Positions 47,770 to 57,898 are shown, numbered from the stretch's first letter. The stretch: 64,000 nt of DNA from Candidatus Multivoradales bacterium (GCA_965223155.1 CBDCVR010000013.1:960001-1024000), one strand, 5' to 3'. The notes: generated by a model from the letters alone, not told the origin. Translations and numbers: made by a program.

Positions 47770-50700
47770 TTGGCTCAGCCTGTCCTCAACCTTGGCGTTC
47801 TGCGCCGGCGCCCGCACCTCAGCAGCCCAAGCGATCCCAGTGATCGCGGCGGCAAGGGCGGGCTGACCGCGCCGGAGGACGCGCCCGGAAGGGACGGCGA
47901 TCTCTCCCGGCGAACCCTTCTGGGACTGGCGGGAGCGGCCACGGTCGGGCTGTCGCCGGCCGCCAGAGCGATCGAGACCGCGGCGCTAGGCCGCTACCGT
48001 CTGGAGCACGATCGGCAGCGGGCCATGTTCTCCCTGGGGACGGGCCACGTCTGGACGCTCGACGCCCGCCGCTTCGGCGGCCGGCCGTCTCTCGAGGTCG
48101 ACCGAACCGGCGGCGAGGTCCGCCTGACTCTGTCCGGCGCCCTGTTCCCGGGCACCCAGATTCCGGCGGATCTGGTTTGCCGGCTTGCTCCGGGAACCCT
48201 GGCCACTCGCATGGAAATCGCGTTCGGGCTCTGCGATCTCCGCGTGACCGCTGCCTTCGAGCCCTGGCTGGCGGGACTCGAGAAAGCCCGCGGCGTCCTG
48301 CGGCGAGCTGCGCGGGCGGAGGTCGCCGGCGACGGCTCAACCCTGGCGCTGGCGGCCCGCGGCGCCGCGACCTTCGGTCCGGATTGGATCCTGACTCTGG
48401 AAGGCACCGCGGTCGGCGAATTGGCTCTCGGCGGACCTGCTCACGAAGTTCGGCTGCCCGGAGACCGCATCGAGCTCGCTTTGCTGGCGGCCGGCACCCC
48501 CAGCTTGGTCGGCCGGCCGGCGCCGAAGCGCTGCCTGGTCACGATCGAGCGCGGCGACTCGGACTGGGATGCCGGCGTCTTGCTGCCCGCGCCCCCGGCC
48601 GGCCGGCTCGCGTGCGCGTCCGCCTCCGCCAGTCTGGTCCACGTCGAGTCCGGTTGCGATGACAACGTTTCGAAGACCGCGGCCCTCCTGGTCGAGCTTG
48701 ACGCCCTGACCTTCGCGCCGGCCGCGGGCCTCGCGACCCCGGACGGCGAGGTCTTGCAGATTCCGTTAGAAGACGTCCGCTATGGGCGCGTCCTGAGCGG
48801 CGCGGGCGCGGGAGAAGCCGCGCTATCGGCCCGTTTCGCACCTCGAGCGGTGTGGCTTGCGGCCGGCGACACCCGGCTCCAGATCGGCGGCCGATCGCGA
48901 GCGAGCGAAGAGCGCTTCGAGCTTCTGGGCACAGCCGAGGGCTTTCGCGAGATCCGGTGTCAACCCAGATTGTTCGGCATCCTGGCGCCGCTCGCCGGCG
49001 GCAGCGCCGGACTCATGAGGCCCCGAGCCGAAGCCCGGCTGGCCTTCGCCGGACTCGGCCGTCCGGGCCTACTGGCGCCGGCTGAAGCGACTGCCGGCGG
49101 CACCCAGCAGCGACGAGTCACGCCGCGGGTGATACGCCCTCAGACCCAACCCGAGGATCAAGCGACCTCGGACCGGCCCACCCTCGACGCTCGGCCGCGA
49201 GCCATGGACCGCGCCGTCTTGACGATCGCGGACGATCGTCTGACCCGCCTACGACTGCCTTCGAACCTGATTGTGTCGGTGCTCCGCTCCCGGGACTTCC
49301 TGGCCCTCGATTTCGAATTCGTCAACCTGCGGCTCGAGGCTTCGGCGCCCAGGCGGCTGGTCCGCTCGGACGCCGCCAAGCCGGCCTACGTGATCGTTCA
49401 CTTCCCGCCCCAGAGCGTGTACGAGCAGGCCTTCTATGAGGTCAGCGGATCGAGCGATGGCGTCGACTCGGACGGCAAACCCGTGCCCAGCGAGTCCGGC
49501 GGCAGCGAGCGGCTGCCGACGCCGCCGGTTCACTCACGGCTGTCCGGACCCAGCCGTCTCTCCTTCCGGCTGCCGCGCATCGTCAACGAGCTTCCCTACA
49601 CGCTCGAAGGATTGCTCGAAGCCTGCTTGACGATGCCGCTCGCCGTCGGCCGCAACGCGCGGCCCCCGGATCCACCGGTCCGCTCCGGGCAGCTCACCAG
49701 AGCCCTGGCGCTCCTGAGCGGCGCCACCGCGACGCGGGGCACGGTCGGGAGGGCCCCGGCCGGAACCGCGCGGGCGATCTCGGGCTCTCGGCGTGGAGCG
49801 GCTTCGACCGGATCGGCAGCCGCGAGGCTGAGGCAGCCCGGCAACAGGATGGACTCCACCGCCACTTCCACCGCGGCCCCGGGAGCCATCGGCCTGGTTG
49901 CCGGTCCGCCGGCCGAGCCGACGCCCGTCGAGACCGCGATCGAGATGCCCTATCGACTGATTCTGTCTCCGCACGGCAAGTCGGCCTGGTCGCATTCGGT
50001 CGACACCGGTCCGAGCCAGGAGGGCAGCGGCCGGCACGAGCTCTGGCACACGCGTCTGGCGGTCCGCGCCGGCGACGGCTCGGCCGACGAGCGCAACCGC
50101 CACTACCGCAGCGTGCGGGCGATCTGGTCGCCGGACTACAACGCCGCCAGGCCGCCCGACCATCAGAACCTCCCTTTCCGCTCGACCCTGGACGCGCGGG
50201 ACCGGCACGAGGTCGTGGCCTTGAGCTCGGACTTCTCGATGGCCGGATGGAAGCCGCTGCCGATCGCGGTCGAGCGCCTGATGCTGACCTCCCTCGGAGC
50301 CTGGCTGGACAGCCGCGGCGCCTGGGAGCCGCCGGGGTCGCTCGAGGTCGAGGAATGGAAGCATCGCGCCACCATGGCCCGCGACCACTACGTGCGGGTC
50401 GTCTACAAGGGCTACCTCTTTCCCTTCCGCCATCGCGCGTCGCTGATCAAGGTTACCCAACGCAAATTCCAGAAGATCCAGGACGGGCCGCAAGCCGGAC
50501 AGATCGCGGCCTTCCTGCGACAGCGCATGTTCATCGTGGTGCGCGAGCCCGAGCTGACCTATGACTACGCAGTGGCGAGCGGCGGCGCCCGCTGGGAACG
50601 CGAGAATCCTTTCAAGCGGGTGCGGATCACCACGCTCACCACGCCGGACCTGCTGGATCCCAACAGCCCCGAGTGCGAGGCCGCGCCCGGCTTCGGGCAG

Positions 50701-52467
50701 CAAGGCTTCTGGCCCAAGACCGCAAGCGGCCGCTTCGCCTTTCATCTGGTGGCCTGGGACTGGCAGGGACGCAAGAGCGACTTTTCGGCGCCGCTCATCT
50801 TCGTCGGCGCCTCCCGGGCCAGCAAGAAGAGCGATCTGGACGCGATCCAAGGAGGCTACGACGCCGAGACCGACGGCGGCGAGCCGACAGCCCAGACCTT
50901 CTTCGACGGCCAGAAGATCGCCTACGCCGCTCCCAAGGGAGCCAGCGACGAGAACACGGCTCTCGAGAGCGACAGCCTCACTTTTACCAGCCGCAACCAC
51001 GACGCGGCCGCGGGCGAGCCCGGCTTCTTCCCGGCGCTGAGTGAGGCGGAGGTCCGGATCCCGGCGGTGGACGCCCTGACCGGAGGCGGCCAAGCCTCCC
51101 GCATCGAGTACAGCCCGGTTTACGTGGACAACGGCTTTGCCGCGCCCACCAACGTGAGCGAGATCTTCGTCCAGATCAAGGGCGACTCGGGCACGCCCCT
51201 GCGCTTCGACGGGGACCGCTCCGGCGGTGTCGCCACGCCCAATCTGAACATCGCCGGACTGTCGCGGCGGTTCGGCCCGGTGGGCGGCCCCTTCTCCAGT
51301 CCGCCCGATCTCTCCGAGCTGGCCGGCGGCAACTTCGACCCCCAGAAATATTTCGAGGGCGCTGCCGCCAAGATCCTGGGGGGCATCCCGCTCGCCGACA
51401 TCATCAGCAAACAGTTCGGCGACGGCAAGAACGTCCCCAAGATGAGCACCGAGCTGGTCTATCCGGGCGGGGACGAGAGCAAACTTCCCGAAGCGACCCG
51501 GGCCGAGCTGCTCTGGGAACCGGACGTGATCGACGACCCCACGGGCACGTTCACGAAACGGAGCGGAACCAAGTTCCGCCTCAACGCCCGCATCACCCAG
51601 CGCTTCGACGCGGTCGGACAAGAGCCCGACACCGTGGTCGAAGGCGAGCTCACCGACTTCGACATCAACCTGATCCCGGTGGTGACCACCTTCCTGGTCG
51701 TCACCTTCAAGTCCTTCAGCTTCCGTTCCGAGAGCGGCAAGAAAATGGAGGTCGATCCCCAGATCCAGACGGTCGAGTTCGCCGGTCCGCTCATGTTCGT
51801 CAACGAGCTCAAGGACTACCTGTCCGCCGCCGGCATGAGCATCGACATCGGACCGCAGGGCGTCGAAGCGGGCTACTCCGTCGGCCTGCCCGCGATCACG
51901 GCCGGGGTCATGAACCTCCAGAACATCAGCCTCTCGGCCGGACTCAGCATCCCCTTCACCGGCGACCCGGTGCGCCTCAAGTTCGGCTTCTGCGAGCGCG
52001 AGAATCCATTTCTGCTCACCGTCTACTGCTTCGGCGGAGGCGGTTTCGTCGGCCTGGCAGTGGGACTGGACGGCGTCGAGCTCCTGGAGATCGCTCTCGA
52101 GTTCGGAGCCAACGCCTCGCTCGACATCGGCGTTGCCAGCGGCGGCGTCTACATCATGGCCGGGATCTACATCGCCGTCGAGGGCGACGAATGCGCGCTC
52201 ACCGGCTACCTCCGGATGGGCGGCGCGCTCGAGATCCTGGGCATCATCACCTTGTCGCTCGAGTTCTACATGTCGCTCACCTACGAGTCCAAGGGCAACA
52301 AGGTCTGGGGCGAGGCGACACTCACGGTCGAGATCGAGATCGCCTTTGTTTCCGTCCCGGTCGAGATGTCCGTACGCCGCGAGTTCACCGACCCCGAGCT
52401 GCCCAAGTTCAGCGACATGATGACCGACGGTGAGTGGACCGAATATTGCGAGGCGTTCGCGGCATGA
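47770..52467 (+). CDS. Giant hypothetical protein A (1565 aa) with twin-arginine signal and beta-rich C-terminus
   Basis: LSRRTLLGLAGAATVGLSPAARA Tat motif; GC3-rich codon usage; blocks ELWHTRL and RDHYVRVVYKGYLFPF; start (TTG) uncertain. Confidence 0.85.
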   Translation: MAQPVLNLGVLRRRPHLSSPSDPSDRGGKGGLTAPEDAPGRDGDLSRRTLLGLAGAATVGLSPAARAIETAALGRYRLEHDRQRAMFSLGTGHVWTLDARRFGGRPSLEVDRTGGEVRLTLSGALFPGTQIPADLVCRLAPGTLATRMEIAFGLCDLRVTAAFEPWLAGLEKARGVLRRAARAEVAGDGSTLALAARGAATFGPDWILTLEGTAVGELALGGPAHEVRLPGDRIELALLAAGTPSLVGRPAPKRCLVTIERGDSDWDAGVLLPAPPAGRLACASASASLVHVESGCDDNVSKTAALLVELDALTFAPAAGLATPDGEVLQIPLEDVRYGRVLSGAGAGEAALSARFAPRAVWLAAGDTRLQIGGRSRASEERFELLGTAEGFREIRCQPRLFGILAPLAGGSAGLMRPRAEARLAFAGLGRPGLLAPAEATAGGTQQRRVTPRVIRPQTQPEDQATSDRPTLDARPRAMDRAVLTIADDRLTRLRLPSNLIVSVLRSRDFLALDFEFVNLRLEASAPRRLVRSDAAKPAYVIVHFPPQSVYEQAFYEVSGSSDGVDSDGKPVPSESGGSERLPTPPVHSRLSGPSRLSFRLPRIVNELPYTLEGLLEACLTMPLAVGRNARPPDPPVRSGQLTRALALLSGATATRGTVGRAPAGTARAISGSRRGAASTGSAAARLRQPGNRMDSTATSTAAPGAIGLVAGPPAEPTPVETAIEMPYRLILSPHGKSAWSHSVDTGPSQEGSGRHELWHTRLAVRAGDGSADERNRHYRSVRAIWSPDYNAARPPDHQNLPFRSTLDARDRHEVVALSSDFSMAGWKPLPIAVERLMLTSLGAWLDSRGAWEPPGSLEVEEWKHRATMARDHYVRVVYKGYLFPFRHRASLIKVTQRKFQKIQDGPQAGQIAAFLRQRMFIVVREPELTYDYAVASGGARWERENPFKRVRITTLTTPDLLDPNSPECEAAPGFGQQGFWPKTASGRFAFHLVAWDWQGRKSDFSAPLIFVGASRASKKSDLDAIQGGYDAETDGGEPTAQTFFDGQKIAYAAPKGASDENTALESDSLTFTSRNHDAAAGEPGFFPALSEAEVRIPAVDALTGGGQASRIEYSPVYVDNGFAAPTNVSEIFVQIKGDSGTPLRFDGDRSGGVATPNLNIAGLSRRFGPVGGPFSSPPDLSELAGGNFDPQKYFEGAAAKILGGIPLADIISKQFGDGKNVPKMSTELVYPGGDESKLPEATRAELLWEPDVIDDPTGTFTKRSGTKFRLNARITQRFDAVGQEPDTVVEGELTDFDINLIPVVTTFLVVTFKSFSFRSESGKKMEVDPQIQTVEFAGPLMFVNELKDYLSAAGMSIDIGPQGVEAGYSVGLPAITAGVMNLQNISLSAGLSIPFTGDPVRLKFGFCERENPFLLTVYCFGGGGFVGLAVGLDGVELLEIALEFGANASLDIGVASGGVYIMAGIYIAVEGDECALTGYLRMGGALEILGIITLSLEFYMSLTYESKGNKVWGEATLTVEIEIAFVSVPVEMSVRREFTDPELPKFSDMMTDGEWTEYCEAFAA

Positions 52468-55400
52468 TCGAACGGATCGTCTGGACCGTGCTTCCCAACG
52501 GCATCGCCGACGGGCATCTGCGCCTGTCGGTCTTCATCGCGCCCCAGCTCGACCCGTCACCGCAACCGGCGAAGCTGGCCACGTTTGCCAACTGGCTGGA
52601 CTGGCCGGCGGTGGTGGCGGGCCTCGAGTTTCAGGTCTCGTTCGGCTCGGCCTCCGGTACGGCGGCCACTGTTGCGGGTGTCCTCGACCCGGCCAGCTCG
52701 GCACCCGACTCGAACCTCTGGAGCCGGCTCTTCGGCGCCGACACGCCGCTTGCGGTCTTCCAGCACAAGAAGCTCGACAAGCGGGTGATCCGGTCCTTCC
52801 CCGCCGCCAACATCGTCTCGTATCTCGAGAAGCCCTACCGGGCCTGCGCGGTTGACAGCGCGACCCGGACGCCGCCGATTCACATCCTGGCCGATCCCGA
52901 CAGCGGCTTCGGCCGTATCGTGCGTCCCGAGGTGCTGCGCCGGTTCGCGGCCGTGGATCGCGACGCGGCAATGATGCGGGCCGGTTCGGCGACCGGAGCC
53001 ACCGCGCGCTCTGGCGCGCGCTCAGACCCTGGGCGGAGCCGCGCCTCGGCCCGAACCGGCGGCGCGCGCCGAATCGTGGACGCCGAGACCCAGACTCGGT
53101 TGATCGCCGACCTGCGCCGGGACGTCGCCCGCGAGCTCGAGCCCAAGTTCTCAGGGCGGAAGTTCATCCGCGCGGCACCGGTGGATCCGGAAAACGACTT
53201 CCTCCAAGCCCGGCTCTTCCAGCTTCCCAAGCGGACCAAGCGGCTGCCGGACCGGATTCAGCTCCCGGACATGGATTTCCACCGCCAGCTCTCGATCCTG
53301 GGCCAGCACCCGGAACTGCTACGACGGACCGGGCTGGTCGTCGACCTCAGGATTCCCCTCAGCGGCCCCGGGGCGCCTCTGGGCCTCGCCGGCCAGGGGC
53401 AGGTATGGCTCTCTCTCGCCTCGCAACCCGCGGGCGCGGCCTGCGAGTTTCCCCGCACCGAGTACGCCTTCAACCCCGAGCTCCCCGGGGGCGCGGCCTT
53501 CCACGCCCGTCCCGGCGCCGGCAGCGACCTCGCCAACAGGCTTCTGGCCGCCGGCGGAAAGCGTTTCGAGGTGCTCCAGATGGACGTAGACGGCGCCGCC
53601 CAGAAAGCGGTGCAGCTCGCCGACAACATCTACCGCACGATGTCGCCCCGGCACCGAACGACGGGCTCGGCCGAAACCGTATCGATGCCGTCGCTGCGCT
53701 CGGCCGGTCTGTCCCTGGTCCGCACCGGCCGTGCCGAGCTCTTGCACACGGCCTTCATTCGGGCACGGAGTCACCGCGAGGCGATCAAGACTCGTGCCCC
53801 CGTTTCACTCTTCGCCGAGGACCTGATGCGAGGTTACCGGGTGGACGTCTTTGACGGTTCAAACCCGGGCGGTGGTGCCTGGCGCTCGCTGTGCCGCCGG
53901 CTGGCCAGCTATACCTTGACCGACGACGATCGTCCGATCGCGGTCCAGGACGAGGAAGGCTGGGCGGCCACGGCAACTACCGAAGCCGCAGCCGCAGAAG
54001 CCTCCGAAGAACGCGACCTCTACGTCCAGGAGTCGCTCTTCCGCTGGAGCGGTTGGAGCCTGGTCACGCCGCGACCCGGCAAGCTCCTGGACGACAAGCA
54101 GGAGGCGGCCCGCGCCCGCCACCAGCCGGGCACCGGCCTGCCCTTGCTGGTCGAAACCCGAGCGGCGCCCGGCAGCTTGCCCAAGCTTCGCTTCGGAGCC
54201 GCCTACCGGCTGCGTGCCCGCGCCGTCGACCTCGCCGGCAACAGCCTGTCGCTGGACGACGCCGACCGCCTGCCCGAGACCGTGGCCAACCAGACGGCAA
54301 CCTACGCCGTCACCTACCGCCGGCACGAGGTCATCACGCAGCCGGTTCTCCGGCTCCGCCGTACCCTCGACGACTCTGGACCGGGCGAAGGCATGGAGCG
54401 GCTGGTTCTACGATCCTTCAACAAGGGAGCGGTGCAACCGGAGGAGCGAGTGGCGGATTCCGAGCTCTCTCCCGACCGCAACGAGCGCCACGTCGCGCCG
54501 CCGGGCACCGGTCAACTCACCGCTGAGTGTCACGGCCGCTTCGACGGTCCCCAGGGCCCGAGCCCGGCCACCTACGCCGCCATCGTCGGCCACGAGGGAG
54601 AGTTCGACCGGGACGTGTACAGCGAAGATCGTCTCGAAGTTCCTTATCTGGCAGACCCGCCGGCCCGCGGCGCGGCGTTCGTGGGATTGCCGGGCTCGAA
54701 GCCGCCGGACAACACCGTGACCCTTCATCGCGCCGACGGCCGGGTCGAATCCTGGCGGCTGGTACCCGAGCCCAGGACCCCGGTCTCCGTGGTCCAAGTC
54801 GAGTACGGCCCCTCGCCCTGGCCCGACAACGAGCCTTTCCGGCTACGCGCGGTCGCCACGCAGACCGGCCGCGATCCGGAATGGGATCCCAACCAGCGCA
54901 TCCTGACCGTCTTCGTCCGCCCGGGCGAGACGGTTCCGGTGCGCTATTCGTCCTTCCCGGCGACCGAGGACCTGGGGGCCATGGCTGCCTGGCAGTGGAT
55001 CCAGGACGCCGGCCGCGTTCCCCAGCTCGAGGGCCGCGTCCTGGCCGGGCTGCATTGGATGCTCACGCCCTACCGCGAGCTGACCCTGGTCCACGCGGTC
55101 CAGAGGCCCTTGGTCAAGCCCGAGTTTCAATCGCTTGCCAGCCACCGCATCGAGGGCCAGACCAGCGCCGATCTGGAAGACCGGATCCCATTGAGCGGCA
55201 AGAGCACCTCGCGCCTGGACGTCCGGAGCCGCTGGCTGGAGCCGGTGGACGAGGGAGAGGCGCCCCGCTGGGTCGAGCGGGCGGCCCATGCCTTCGACAT
55301 GACCATCGAGGCGCACGAGACCGAAGCCAAGTTCGGTCCCCACCGCAGGCTGACGCGGCTGCCGGTCCGGCAGGTTCTGGAGCGCCCGTCCCTGGCCAAA

Positions 55401-56981
55401 GCCGCAAAGCGCGTCGAGGCGGTGCCACCCGAGGTCCGAGTACTGCGGCCCGAGGCCACAGCCCCGCGTGCCCGCAGGCAAGTGCAGCGCAGCGGTACGT
55501 TTCGACCGATCGGCCGGGTCGAGCGCGCCCGCCCGGAACAACGGCGCCTGCCGGCCCAAGCCGTCTCGCTGGACGACGCCGAGATTCAAGCCCGCACCCG
55601 CACCCTGGGCCGGCACGAGTTCGGGGACACCAAGCACCGGCCGGTGACGTACACGGCCGTGGCCTCGTCCCGCTATCGCGACGATCTGCCTCTGCGCTCC
55701 GAAGACATCGACAAGGCCGAGGCCGAAGGCGGCGACCATCGCGTCACCCGGCGCTCCGAGCCGATCACCATCGACGTCCTGAGCGCCGCCCGGCCGGCGG
55801 CGCCCGCGGTGGCCTATGTCATTCCGACCTTTGGCTGGGAGTCCGCGAGCGCGGGGGCCGAGCGCACCAGCACTCGCCGGGGCGGCGGTCTCAGGGTGTA
55901 CCTCGAGCGGCCCTGGTTCTCCTCGGGCGAGGGCGAGCTTCTGGGCGTTCTGGTGCCGCGGCAGTCCGCGCGAGCTCTCAATCTGGCGACCGCGCGGCGC
56001 ACGATGAGCCGGCGCGCCACCGGGGTCGATGCCGCCGAGCTCGACGCCTACCTCACCCACTGGGGCATCGACCCGATCTGGGGGACGAACCCGCCCGGCG
56101 GTGCCTCGCCGGGGCTGTCGAGCTTCCGCAACGCGGCCGCCACCGAGTCGGAGGTCGCGCTGGTCGAGATTCCGGACGCCCGCGTGGCGGTGGCCGGCTT
56201 CACCGTTGGCGCCCGCACCGACGGCGGCGGATTCACCGGCTACGACGCGGAGCGAGGTCTCTGGTACGCCGACCTCGAGATCGACCCGGGCGAGTCCTAC
56301 TTCCCCTTCATTCGCCTGGCTCTTGTCCGCTATCAGCCCAAGTCGATCGCCTGGAGCGGCGGCGACCTCAAGCTGTCCCGAGTCGTGATCGCGGACTTCG
56401 CCCAGCTCGCTCCGGACCGCACCGCGACCATTACCCAGCGCTCGGCCACCGAGCTTTCGGTGACCGTCTCAGGCGTCACCGCCAAGGAGTCCGGCGAGCA
56501 GAAGTTCGGAGCAGTGGCCAGCGTGCGCAGGCCCGATCTCGAACGGGCCGCCTCGGCGCCGTCGCTCCGAAGCTCCGCCACCGCCCGCGTCCTCCGGCCG
56601 CCGACCGACGTCCAGGCGCCGGTCGCGGGCCGGCGTCCCTCGATCGTAGCGGGTCCCGAGATCCGGGTGCTGCCAGCGGCCAGCACCGGCGGCAACAGCG
56701 TGGAGGTGAGCCTCGAGACGCTGGTACCCGGCGGCAGCGATCTGGAGTGGATGCCGGTGCCCGACTCGACCGTCGAGCTCACGCCGGGACCGGCCCTGGG
56801 CCGCCGCGCCAACTGGCGCGGCACGGTGCCGCTCCCCGAGGCCCGCGGCGCCGGACGCTACCGTCTGGTCATCAAGGAGTACGAGTGGTTCGTGGTGGAC
56901 GGCCCCGACGTCCAGGTGGGCAACGAGATCCGCAAGCCGACCGCTCCGCGCTTGGTCTACGCCGACGTTCTCGAGATCTAA
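52464..56981 (+). CDS. Giant hypothetical protein B (1505 aa), no signal peptide, FN3/Ig-like motifs
   Basis: ATGA overlap with protein A; starts MIERIVWTVLPNG; YRLRARAVDLAGNS, RHEFGDTKHR and GLRVYLERPWFSSGEGELLGV. Confidence 0.85.
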   Translation: MIERIVWTVLPNGIADGHLRLSVFIAPQLDPSPQPAKLATFANWLDWPAVVAGLEFQVSFGSASGTAATVAGVLDPASSAPDSNLWSRLFGADTPLAVFQHKKLDKRVIRSFPAANIVSYLEKPYRACAVDSATRTPPIHILADPDSGFGRIVRPEVLRRFAAVDRDAAMMRAGSATGATARSGARSDPGRSRASARTGGARRIVDAETQTRLIADLRRDVARELEPKFSGRKFIRAAPVDPENDFLQARLFQLPKRTKRLPDRIQLPDMDFHRQLSILGQHPELLRRTGLVVDLRIPLSGPGAPLGLAGQGQVWLSLASQPAGAACEFPRTEYAFNPELPGGAAFHARPGAGSDLANRLLAAGGKRFEVLQMDVDGAAQKAVQLADNIYRTMSPRHRTTGSAETVSMPSLRSAGLSLVRTGRAELLHTAFIRARSHREAIKTRAPVSLFAEDLMRGYRVDVFDGSNPGGGAWRSLCRRLASYTLTDDDRPIAVQDEEGWAATATTEAAAAEASEERDLYVQESLFRWSGWSLVTPRPGKLLDDKQEAARARHQPGTGLPLLVETRAAPGSLPKLRFGAAYRLRARAVDLAGNSLSLDDADRLPETVANQTATYAVTYRRHEVITQPVLRLRRTLDDSGPGEGMERLVLRSFNKGAVQPEERVADSELSPDRNERHVAPPGTGQLTAECHGRFDGPQGPSPATYAAIVGHEGEFDRDVYSEDRLEVPYLADPPARGAAFVGLPGSKPPDNTVTLHRADGRVESWRLVPEPRTPVSVVQVEYGPSPWPDNEPFRLRAVATQTGRDPEWDPNQRILTVFVRPGETVPVRYSSFPATEDLGAMAAWQWIQDAGRVPQLEGRVLAGLHWMLTPYRELTLVHAVQRPLVKPEFQSLASHRIEGQTSADLEDRIPLSGKSTSRLDVRSRWLEPVDEGEAPRWVERAAHAFDMTIEAHETEAKFGPHRRLTRLPVRQVLERPSLAKAAKRVEAVPPEVRVLRPEATAPRARRQVQRSGTFRPIGRVERARPEQRRLPAQAVSLDDAEIQARTRTLGRHEFGDTKHRPVTYTAVASSRYRDDLPLRSEDIDKAEAEGGDHRVTRRSEPITIDVLSAARPAAPAVAYVIPTFGWESASAGAERTSTRRGGGLRVYLERPWFSSGEGELLGVLVPRQSARALNLATARRTMSRRATGVDAAELDAYLTHWGIDPIWGTNPPGGASPGLSSFRNAAATESEVALVEIPDARVAVAGFTVGARTDGGGFTGYDAERGLWYADLEIDPGESYFPFIRLALVRYQPKSIAWSGGDLKLSRVVIADFAQLAPDRTATITQRSATELSVTVSGVTAKESGEQKFGAVASVRRPDLERAASAPSLRSSATARVLRPPTDVQAPVAGRRPSIVAGPEIRVLPAASTGGNSVEVSLETLVPGGSDLEWMPVPDSTVELTPGPALGRRANWRGTVPLPEARGAGRYRLVIKEYEWFVVDGPDVQVGNEIRKPTAPRLVYADVLEI

Positions 56982-57058
56982 GTCCAGGCCAACCTGCTTG
57001 CCGGAGACCGCGAGCGACGCCGACGATCGAATCGGCCTCGAGCCGAGCGCCGCCCACG

Positions 57059-57898
57059 TTACGGACAGGTCCAGAAGGCGCCGGTGTCCGTAATCGGTTC
57101 GAACTGGTGGTTGCCCGGGTTGTCGTAGGTCCGCGCGTCACCGGTCAAGGTATCGAGGATGGTCACCTCGAACTCGACGTTGGTGGTCGCGGCGGCGAAC
57201 ACCCAGAAGTTGGAGAAGGCCGGATCGCCGCAATGATCCAGAACCTTGACCAGGAGCTCGGTGGTGAGCGGGAAGAACTGGAAGGTCGCCGAGTCCCGGC
57301 CGGAGCTATCCACGAAGAGAGGCCGCACCGTACCGTCGAAGGGATCTTTGAACTCGGCGTCGACCTGGAACCGGCCGCCGCGCAGGCAGGCGGTCGTGTC
57401 GGACGCCTGACAGGGTGGCGGCGGCGTCCCGATCGTGCAATGACAATCCAGCGAACTGATCCTCTTGCGGTTCAAGAGATCCACCTCGCCGAAGAAGAGG
57501 GATTGCGTTCCAAGGACCGCACTCAGATCGAACTCGGCCGCGAAGTAGCCGTTGCCCCGAGTCCTGCCCCGCGCCGAGCCGAGCGGCATTTCGGTCCCGA
57601 ACGCGTCCACCGCGGTGCCTTCTAGATTGACGACCACGCCTCTACGAGCCTTACCCTGATTGACTGCCTGGCAGGAACAGCGGGCCATGGTGGCCGTCAC
57701 GTTGGACCCACCCGCCAGGAGCAACCCGTCTGCCACTTCGAACTCGCTCAAGAATCTCTTCGCGGGCACGGATTCCGGACAGGCTAGCTCGAGACCAACG
57801 TGCACCGGCAAGGCCTCGTCTCCCCAGCCCGGAGCCGCTACGACAAGAACCATCCAGGCCGCCATCCCCGCCGAGCGCAACTGCAATCTTCCAATCAT
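57059..57898 (-). CDS. Secreted Cys-containing hypothetical protein with a distinct ~100 aa C-terminal beta domain
   Basis: AGGAGA RBS; signal peptide; PPPPC linker then CLRGGRFQV..ELLVKVLDHC..FWVFAAATTNVEFEVTILDTLTG..YDNP..PITDTGAF. Confidence 0.78.
   Translation of the reverse strand: MIGRLQLRSAGMAAWMVLVVAAPGWGDEALPVHVGLELACPESVPAKRFLSEFEVADGLLLAGGSNVTATMARCSCQAVNQGKARRGVVVNLEGTAVDAFGTEMPLGSARGRTRGNGYFAAEFDLSAVLGTQSLFFGEVDLLNRKRISSLDCHCTIGTPPPPCQASDTTACLRGGRFQVDAEFKDPFDGTVRPLFVDSSGRDSATFQFFPLTTELLVKVLDHCGDPAFSNFWVFAAATTNVEFEVTILDTLTGDARTYDNPGNHQFEPITDTGAFWTCP

Noticed and set aside
49534-51621. 695 aa minus-strand ORF
   Set aside because: Antisense shadow of giant protein A; such open antisense frames are expected in high-GC3 genes and it has no motifs.
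44745-56981. Prophage, contractile injection system or Rhs/Tc toxin interpretation of the giant operon
   Set aside because: No recognisable sheath, tube, baseplate, VgrG, YD repeats or integrase.
54527-57625. 1032 aa plus-strand ORF
   Set aside because: Alternate frame of giant B, Arg/Pro/Gly-rich as typical of off-frame GC-rich DNA, and it runs into the opposite-strand gene.
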